Below, in pieces: positions 58,001 to 64,000 of a stretch of DNA of 64,000 bases. The notes beneath the pieces were generated by a model. That model saw only the letters and a list, made by a program, of their open reading frames with translations. It had not been told where the DNA came from and searched no databases. This DNA comes from Capsulimonadaceae bacterium. GTDB lineage: Bacteria > Armatimonadota > Armatimonadia > Armatimonadales > Capsulimonadaceae. The stretch is taken from contig OZ244065.1 of assembly GCA_965215505.1 (NCBI GenBank), positions 2,496,001 to 2,560,000 on the forward strand. Direction: 5' to 3'. The position numbers were made by a program, and so were the translations under genes. Numbering within the stretch: the stretch's first letter is position 1; every line of letters begins with the position of its first letter.

Positions 58001-61000
58001 CGTCCCGGTTGACGACGTGACGCGGCCCGAGACCGTCGCCAGAATCGGCGTCAGCGTGAAGTTGACCGGCTGCGTCGTGGCGTTGGACAGGACGGAGACG
58101 CCCGCATTGAAGGGCGCGTCCGGGGCCGCCGCCGTCGTGTACTCAAAGGTCCCTTGGTCGTTGGTCGGGCCATTGGCGACCGAGGTGTAGGTCGCCACCG
58201 GGACGCTGTCCACGAAGTAGGAGCCGGCGGGCTGGCCCGCCTGGAGCCCGGTGCGCGTCGTGGTCGTCTCGGTCGTCGTCTTGTCGGTCGAGGTGAAGGT
58301 GACGCTGGCCCCGATGAGGCCGTTGCCGGCCGTGTCCTTGACGGTGCCGGCGATGCTGCCGGGGTTAAGGGCCGTGATCGTCAGTGTGCCGTTGTTGCGG
58401 ACGACGCCGCCTTCCAGCGTGAACGCCGTACCGTTGTTGCCGATCGTCCTCTGGAAGCCCGACTTGTAGGCGACCAGCGTGTAAGTGCCCGGCTCGATGC
58501 CGTCAATGGTGAACCGCCCGTCGCCGCCCGTGCTGGCGCTGAAGGCCGCCCGAGTGGGGGGTGCGCCGCCGGTGGGGCGGAGGTAGACGGTGACGCCCGC
58601 CACGGGAGTACCCGCCGCCACGCCCGGTCCGGCCGTCTGGGTGATGATGCCCGTGACGCTCGCGGTCCGCAGGTAGCAGATGATGTTGTGCAGGATCGCC
58701 TGGCGCGGATCGCGCGGGATGACCGGCGGCGGGACGCGCGGCGGGTCCGGCGGGATCGGCGCGACAGAGGCGTAATAGTCGCTGCTCAGGGACTCGATGC
58801 CGAAGGCGGCATAGACGGTCCGGCTGCCGGTGCCGCTGTTTGGCGTCCCCGTTTGCGTGATATTCTGGAACGGATCGTCATGGAAGACCATGGCGACCGG
58901 GCCGCCCGCGCCGTAAGTGGCGGCGACAGTCGCGCCATTGGTGGGCGCAATGGTGTCTATCCGGCCCTGGATGCTGGCACCGGTCGCCAGGGTGAGGGCG
59001 GGGATCTGGTCCAGCGCGGCGTCATTACGGTCAACATTCCCCAGGATCAGGTTGTCCTGATAAGGAAGATTTTGCAGGTTGACGATGAAGAAGCCAGTCG
59101 TGAAGTTCCCAATCACGGTCAGGTAGCGGCCAGCGCTCGTGTTGTCGTAGAACGGGCTTCCGGTGATCCGGTTGGCCGTGGCAGCCAGTGTGGTGCTGCC
59201 GCCGCCCGGCGTCACCTCTTTAGCGCTCAGGACGTCCGGCAGGAAGCCGCCGGCCGTATTGCCCGAGGTGCCGTTGATCGTCAGCGTCGCGCCGACGTCT
59301 TGCCCGGTCATGAACAGGCGTCCGCCACCAGGATGGGCGGCCGTACCGTCGCCGAGGACGAAGTTGCGGAGGACGGTCTGCGTGCTGGGCCGTGCCACGC
59401 TGCCATTCTGGGCAGGCGTGCCGGGGTCGTTCAGCGAGCCGGGGTCGGTCAGCAGGTCCCCAGTGTAGGGTGAGAGCCAGATGACACACCGGGGGGCGTT
59501 CAGGATGGTCGCGGCCGGGATGTTCGCGAAGGCGGGATCAACGGGGTCGTTGATGGCCGGCTGTGTCTCCCTCAGGGGCAGGTAGCTGGCGAGGACCGCG
59601 TCCGTAACGGGACCGCGCGCCAGGGTACGCCAGATGGTGTACCGCTGCGTGGGCAGGTCGGGTGCCCCGTCGCGGCGCTCGCCGTCGTCAATGATGGTGT
59701 CATAGTAGGACCCGACGCCAAGCCCATTCTGCGTGGTGATCGTCGTGCCGAAGAAGGTGCCGAACGAAGTCCAGTTGAACAGCGTCGGATCGTAGAGGAA
59801 CGGCTGGACGAGCGTCGGCGAGGGCGGGTTGACGGTCCCGACAGCAAGACCCGCGTAGTTGACGTCAGCCAGAGTGCTGATGTCCACGTCGGTCAGGTAG
59901 GACTCGGCACCAAACAACTTGGGCACAAGGTTCAGGTTGGAGTCGCGCCCGGCGAAGGTCGTGGCGGCGAACTTCTGCCCCAGGGCATAGTCGCTCACGA
60001 CCAGGATGCTGTTAGCGCTGCTGAGGTTCTGGACAGTGCTGAAGCCGCCGGTGTTGTCGTAGATGCGCCAGTTGACCTGCTTGCCGACATAGTTGGACGT
60101 GCCAACGGGGATGTTCGGGAAGACGGCCTGGTCATACGCGACGACGTCCAGGAAGAAGTCGCTGGCCGAGGCCGGCGTGGTCCAGGTGACGGTGTAAAGC
60201 ACGCCGCCCCGGTTGTCCTGGACGGGAGACGGCACCATCTGGAGCCACTCAGCCGGAGCAGTCCCGTTCTGGGCGATGGGCCGCACCTTGTTGACGCCGC
60301 TGAAGGCGGCCTGATCGTCCACGCCAGCCAGCCAGAACGGGTTCCGGAAGTCGGCGGGCGATACGTCGCCGATGCCCGAGTTCGGGTTCCCGCTGGTAAG
60401 GAACTGCGGGTTGACGAGCTGGCACTCGTACTCCGGCCCGCGCGGGATGAACAGGGCGGGGTCTCCGCCGGTCTCGCCGCCCGGATTGATGCCGCCGCCG
60501 GCCTTACCGACGAAGATGTAGGTGTCGTCCGGGTTGTTGGCGTCCGGGAACGTCCACTGGCCGCCGTGTGCGCCGCGCGGGAAGACGTCGCGCCCCACAA
60601 TCGAGGGTAGCTGGGTTATGCCCCCAAAGGGAGGGTACTGATACTTATTGTTCGTGATGATCCCGTTGGGCGGCCCTTCGTAGCCAAGGAAGCCGAGGCC
60701 GAGAGACGAGTTCGCCGTCCCGCTGTCCGTGTCGTTGCTGGTGAAGCGGTTAGGCTGGTTGTTGTACTGGCTGTCCTTAGAGAAGACCTTATGCTCCAGG
60801 TTCTGCGAGTCCTGATACTTGGAGTTCGGGTTCTTGATCTGGAGGAAGACCTGCGAGCGGCTCGGGAGGGTGGTCCCGCCGACGTTCACGGTGCTGGTCG
60901 GCCCGTTGTTGAGGGGCGCGCGCGGGGTACCGTCCGAATTGGTACCGTTGTCAATGCCGGCCTCGCGGTCGGACAGGCGGACCGTGAAGGTGACCTTCTG

Positions 61001-64000
61001 GCCCGGAGCGATGCCCACCTTCTCCGACACGCCGCTGATGGGGGTTGCGCTGTTGCCGGCCTGAACGTGGATGATCTCGTTCGGGTTGTAGCGTAGCAGC
61101 GTCGGCGGGTCCAGGTTCAGCACCTGGGACTCGAAGATGCCGGTGTAGCCCAGGACGCCGAACCGGGGGGTGGGGCCGACGACGCTGTAGGTGGGCTGAC
61201 TTGTGCTTGATGTGTTGACTACGCCGCCCGGTGCGACGGAGATGGCCGTCTCGCTGGGGAAGGAGCTAGACGGGTCGTTATAGGTGACGGTGCGGCTGTT
61301 CGTCACGGCCCCCGTCGCGAAGTTGAAGCCGCCGCCCTGGTAGGTGATGCTGAAGATGGACAGGCCGGGTGACCAGGCTGGGTACACGTCGTCGAACGTG
61401 TTGCCGGTCTGCGCGCCCTCCTGCTGCCCGCCGGTCCCGTTGGAGCCTGCGGTGGTCTCGCCGCTGTTGTCATCCGTATTCAGCCTGACGACGGCGTTGG
61501 CCGCGCTCGCCCCGGTTGGCGTGTCGCCTTCGGGAACGATCTGCTCCTGGAAGTTCGCGGTGACGAAGTAGAAGTATTCGTTGCCGATCGTGGCCTGCGT
61601 GTCCACGAGCGTCAGGAGGCCGCCATTGTTGGTCGGGACCTGGTTCAGCAGGTAGGCGAAGGCACCTTCCTGGCCCGCGCCGGTGCCGGGCGAGTTCAAC
61701 TGCGTCGGTGAGCCGGCACTGCGGAAGACGCTGAAGCTGGTCGGCGTGCCGAGGCTGCCACCCACGCCGCCGGGCGTGTTGAAGGTCAGCGTGACGGAGC
61801 CGAAGCCGGGGCCGCTGCCGCCGTTGAAGTCGCCGATCGCCAGCAGGTTCTGCGGGGCCGAGGGGTCGGTGGCGGTCGTAAGGTTCCCGAAGCCGCTGCT
61901 CGCCGTCCGGGTCCCGTTGACGTTCGCTCCGGCGAGGACCTCGATGCCCTGGATGATCGGGACACCTTTAGCGACGGGGACGGAGTTCGTGAAGTTCAGG
62001 GTGATGTTGTTCGCCAGGTCGGTGTTGCCGAAGTTGTCCCTGAAGGTCCTCGCAGGAACGGTCACGTTGAAGGTCTGGACCACGGCGGCGTTCGGCTGGC
62101 CGCCGTTCGCGCGGACCAGGACCTGGTTCAGGTTTGTGACCGAGCCGTTTATGATGCTAGGCGTCGCCTGGACCGTCGTGTACCCAGGCAGGCTGAAGGT
62201 CACGGTGTACTGAGTCCCAGGCGTCACGGCACCGGGAAGGTTGACGCTGAAGTTAGGCTGCCCGTTCGCGGTGTTGACGATGGCCCGGTAGCCCGCCCCC
62301 ACGATGGTGATGGTCACCCCGGTCAGCGGCTGGCCCGAGGCCATGTCCGTGGCGTTGCCGCTCAGGGTGCCGACCGTGTTGCCGCCGGCGAGGGCGAAGT
62401 TCGTCGTGGTCGGCGTGTTGGCGGTGAAAGTGGCGGTCTGGGTCTGCGTGGCGAGGCCCGTGGCCGTTGCGGGGTTCGCGGTGATGTTAAAGGTGCCATT
62501 CGGGACCGGGAAGTTGTAGTTCCCGTTCGCGTCCGTCGTCCCCGATGCGATGAGGGCCGTGGTGACGGGGTCGGTGACCCGGATCGGGACATTGGGCGCG
62601 GGTGCCGTCGTGACCGCGTTGGTCACGTTGCCGACGGCCGTTGCGGTCGTCCCCGACACCACATTGAAGTTCGCCCGCGTGAAGCCGGCGCTGTTGACGA
62701 CGATCGTCTGGCTCTGCGCCGTGAAGCCGGCCCCGGAGGCCGTCACGGTGTAGGTGCCGGAGGGCAGGTTGGAGAAGTAGTTCGTCGGAGCACCGTCGCC
62801 GTTCGGCGGGGCGAAGGTCTGCGGCACGCCCGTGGTCAGGGTGCGGAGGACGTTGCCCGCCGCATTCGTGACGGTGACGGTGACGCCCGGCTGCGCGTTG
62901 CCGCCGGACGTGACGAGGCCGCCGAAGTTGCCGGGGCCGCCCAGGGCGTTCGCCACGATATCGAAGTTGGTCAGGATCTGCTGGCCGTTGGCGACCACGT
63001 TGAACTGGCGCTGGCCTGCGGCGGTGTTGGTCGGGTCGGAGAAGTGCAGCCGCAGCGTGTAGGTGGCACCCGCCGTCAGGTTGGGCAGGGCGTAGTTCAT
63101 CGGGCCGTTCCGGTCGGTCAGGAAGATGCCCACGGGCGTCCCCGGATCGCCGGCCGTGCTTGGGACGTTGGGCGGGTTGACCGTTTCCGTCACGCCAGGA
63201 AGGAAGGGACTGAAAAAGCCCTGGCCGTTGTTGAAAAGGTTGTTGTTGTCGGCCAGATAGCCACCGACCCCGCCGCCGGACAGGTCCCCAGCGTTGATCT
63301 GGTAGACGGGGAAGTTGAACGTCCGGGGCGTGGTCCCGGCCTCGATGGACCGCTGGCTGCCGCCGCCCGCGTTGAGGAAGCGCACCGCCTGGATGTAGAC
63401 AATGTCGTGCGTCGCGGTCTGGCTGGCCCCACGCGCGAAGGCGAGGTACTCGAAGCCGGGCGACGGATTGGTGAACTGGTTCGGGTTGTTGAAGCTCCAG
63501 GCCGGCCCGAAGTTATCCGTGCCGACCGCCGTGATTGCGCCGACCCGGCCGCCCTGCGTCTGGAACGAGGCGGGCACGACGCCCAGGCCGTTGCCCGACG
63601 TGCCGCCGCCGCCGACCAGGAAGATGGTGCGGTTGCCGCCGGTCGTGCCGCCGGAAGTCAGGGTCGGGACGCCCCCACCTGCCCCGTTCGGGGTGAGCGA
63701 GGTGGCCGTGGAGGCGAACGCGACGAACTGGCCGTCCTTCGAGCTGGCCGGGTCCGTGTCGTCAGCCGGGCCGTCGGTGAGCTGGCCGGGGAAGGAGATG
63801 TTGTTCGCGTCGGAGCCGCCCGAGCTGGTGAACAGGAAGTACAGGTGGTTATGGAAGGCATTCGGCCCGGTGACGCTGCGGGCGGAGAAGACAAGCTCGC
63901 CCGCGTTGGTGCCCAGGAAGGTGGGCCGCTGCACCGCGTCGAAGCCGGTCAGGGCGGCGCTCTGCGCCTCGGTCGGGAAGGTGGTCTGACCGGCGGGCGC
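55055..64000 (-). CDS. Giant surface protein, paralog of 46732-54456 (>2980 aa; 5' end outside the window)
   Basis: Frame open to 64000; same domain order and shared motifs (QVFLQIKNPNSKYQDSQ.LEHKVF, IWRTLARGPV, GGRL..G.DVG); more carboxypeptidase-regulatory-like repeats. Confidence 0.88.
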   Translation of the reverse strand, partial: APAGQTTFPTEAQSAALTGFDAVQRPTFLGTNAGELVFSARSVTGPNAFHNHLYFLFTSSGGSDANNISFPGQLTDGPADDTDPASSKDGQFVAFASTATSLTPNGAGGGVPTLTSGGTTGGNRTIFLVGGGGTSGNGLGVVPASFQTQGGRVGAITAVGTDNFGPAWSFNNPNQFTNPSPGFEYLAFARGASQTATHDIVYIQAVRFLNAGGGSQRSIEAGTTPRTFNFPVYQINAGDLSGGGVGGYLADNNNLFNNGQGFFSPFLPGVTETVNPPNVPSTAGDPGTPVGIFLTDRNGPMNYALPNLTAGATYTLRLHFSDPTNTAAGQRQFNVVANGQQILTNFDIVANALGGPGNFGGLVTSGGNAQPGVTVTVTNAAGNVLRTLTTGVPQTFAPPNGDGAPTNYFSNLPSGTYTVTASGAGFTAQSQTIVVNSAGFTRANFNVVSGTTATAVGNVTNAVTTAPAPNVPIRVTDPVTTALIASGTTDANGNYNFPVPNGTFNITANPATATGLATQTQTATFTANTPTTTNFALAGGNTVGTLSGNATDMASGQPLTGVTITIVGAGYRAIVNTANGQPNFSVNLPGAVTPGTQYTVTFSLPGYTTVQATPSIINGSVTNLNQVLVRANGGQPNAAVVQTFNVTVPARTFRDNFGNTDLANNITLNFTNSVPVAKGVPIIQGIEVLAGANVNGTRTASSGFGNLTTATDPSAPQNLLAIGDFNGGSGPGFGSVTLTFNTPGGVGGSLGTPTSFSVFRSAGSPTQLNSPGTGAGQEGAFAYLLNQVPTNNGGLLTLVDTQATIGNEYFYFVTANFQEQIVPEGDTPTGASAANAVVRLNTDDNSGETTAGSNGTGGQQEGAQTGNTFDDVYPAWSPGLSIFSITYQGGGFNFATGAVTNSRTVTYNDPSSSFPSETAISVAPGGVVNTSSTSQPTYSVVGPTPRFGVLGYTGIFESQVLNLDPPTLLRYNPNEIIHVQAGNSATPISGVSEKVGIAPGQKVTFTVRLSDREAGIDNGTNSDGTPRAPLNNGPTSTVNVGGTTLPSRSQVFLQIKNPNSKYQDSQNLEHKVFSKDSQYNNQPNRFTSNDTDSGTANSSLGLGFLGYEGPPNGIITNNKYQYPPFGGITQLPSIVGRDVFPRGAHGGQWTFPDANNPDDTYIFVGKAGGGINPGGETGGDPALFIPRGPEYECQLVNPQFLTSGNPNSGIGDVSPADFRNPFWLAGVDDQAAFSGVNKVRPIAQNGTAPAEWLQMVPSPVQDNRGGVLYTVTWTTPASASDFFLDVVAYDQAVFPNIPVGTSNYVGKQVNWRIYDNTGGFSTVQNLSSANSILVVSDYALGQKFAATTFAGRDSNLNLVPKLFGAESYLTDVDISTLADVNYAGLAVGTVNPPSPTLVQPFLYDPTLFNWTSFGTFFGTTITTQNGLGVGSYYDTIIDDGERRDGAPDLPTQRYTIWRTLARGPVTDAVLASYLPLRETQPAINDPVDPAFANIPAATILNAPRCVIWLSPYTGDLLTDPGSLNDPGTPAQNGSVARPSTQTVLRNFVLGDGTAAHPGGGRLFMTGQDVGATLTINGTSGNTAGGFLPDVLSAKEVTPGGGSTTLAATANRITGSPFYDNTSAGRYLTVIGNFTTGFFIVNLQNLPYQDNLILGNVDRNDAALDQIPALTLATGASIQGRIDTIAPTNGATVAATYGAGGPVAMVFHDDPFQNITQTGTPNSGTGSRTVYAAFGIESLSSDYYASVAPIPPDPPRVPPPVIPRDPRQAILHNIICYLRTASVTGIITQTAGPGVAAGTPVAGVTVYLRPTGGAPPTRAAFSASTGGDGRFTIDGIEPGTYTLVAYKSGFQRTIGNNGTAFTLEGGVVRNNGTLTITALNPGSIAGTVKDTAGNGLIGASVTFTSTDKTTTETTTTRTGLQAGQPAGSYFVDSVPVATYTSVANGPTNDQGTFEYTTAAAPDAPFNAGVSVLSNATTQPVNFTLTPILATVSGRVTSSTGTALAGATVTLTGPTVGATAPTVLTTTTAADGTYTFTNVPAASTALSATPVTGIPYTITATASGFGAGAAPGPVTLELGDVVTDTTAPAHRTDVVLTALASISGRIFDNTVGDTNAGGANVAGATVTLTNAAGTVVATTSASATGTYTFTNVPSTTTPTTYTVTATRVGFTTNSSAPFTVVLGSVITAKDIGLTPIAPGSITGRVTDTANGGAGVGGALVTFVSADGTTTLHATADGSGNYSLPTVFPGTYNGTATGPLNPNGRPTTTQGTATAVVASAPAVATANFSVATIPPSLAGTVTDSATPTHNPLKNALVTITDTASGTVIQTLHTDANGKYSTGPLPASGKPLSQYTVTITASLVGFATQSLPSQSIYNGDALTDTIASEAPLLDIALVAAGAGSVSGQVTDVSTGAGVSGAVVSFLSTDGTTTLPSATTDANGNYSIPTTGKTDPSGNYIGSVTPPNNANGRPEFTTPPTQNITIPAGGTQTVNFTLTEILAALSGTVLDNQTGTPISGATVTLTDATGKAIGTPQTTGATGTFSFAAIPAGQAPAAFALSATVPGGYFPGAKTVTLSLGDLLTGQNIGLDEKGTITGLVTDGSTGQPLPNVSLTVTDTTTKATPTNLTPSPLVTTPGTAIGPDGKTSNYTATFTLTPGHSYTVSASKPNYNPTAPVAVTPSPLTASQAGRADLQLTSGIGTLGGLVSDATTNAAIGGATVTVASVSATGASTVVATFTTNSSVSPAPDGKTQGINYSGQVAQGTYTVTLAFGSRTPVVQKVTVVGGQFNRLDFTGANGAPPVYVFPAGLNFLSTPYDYSSLSFDTLFGILNTAPTGTTPNGNRTHVAVWDPTVSQYAVDPNAPADSLRLGVGYWVFLKNAVPLTVQGATPSAAFVPVALHPSWNQIGVPNIKGVPVSSLMFDNGAGGMISFATAASSQYHVVAPTLYSFDGSGYQPVTQSSVLQPWKAYWIQVYSGATLEIPTK

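Overview
GC-rich bacterial chromosomal window. The gene content (DUF1559 prepilin-like proteins, Uma2, XisH/XisI, RHS remnants, giant Thr/Gly-rich secreted proteins) suggests Armatimonadota; this is an inference. The left third carries housekeeping genes (MoxR ATPase, greA, ppdK, GH4 glycosidase, mazG, PrsA-like foldase) mixed with toxin-antitoxin/defence-like cassettes. These include XisHI, a VapC flanked by two paralogous antitoxin-like genes, a lower-GC GGCT-like/HEPN-like pair, a circularly permuted ParB/Srx-like ORF, and frameshifted aspartic-protease and HEPN genes. The middle holds tRNA-Leu(CAA), a PrsW/FHA protease, RHS remnants, a large S53 protease, an ArsS-like radical SAM, two fasciclins, a PD-(D/E)XK endonuclease between a consensus promoter and tRNA-Arg(GCG), and an FTR1/FeoAB iron locus. 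The right 23 kb is the best candidate for an undescribed system. It has two paralogous giant surface proteins with nested domains, two CsgG/FlgT-like proteins and an Ig-plus-LptD-like barrel protein. Both giants end in a conserved ~180-aa C-terminal domain that also ends the unlinked S53 protease, suggesting a dedicated export or anchoring pathway. All family calls come from motif recognition by eye; no searches were run.
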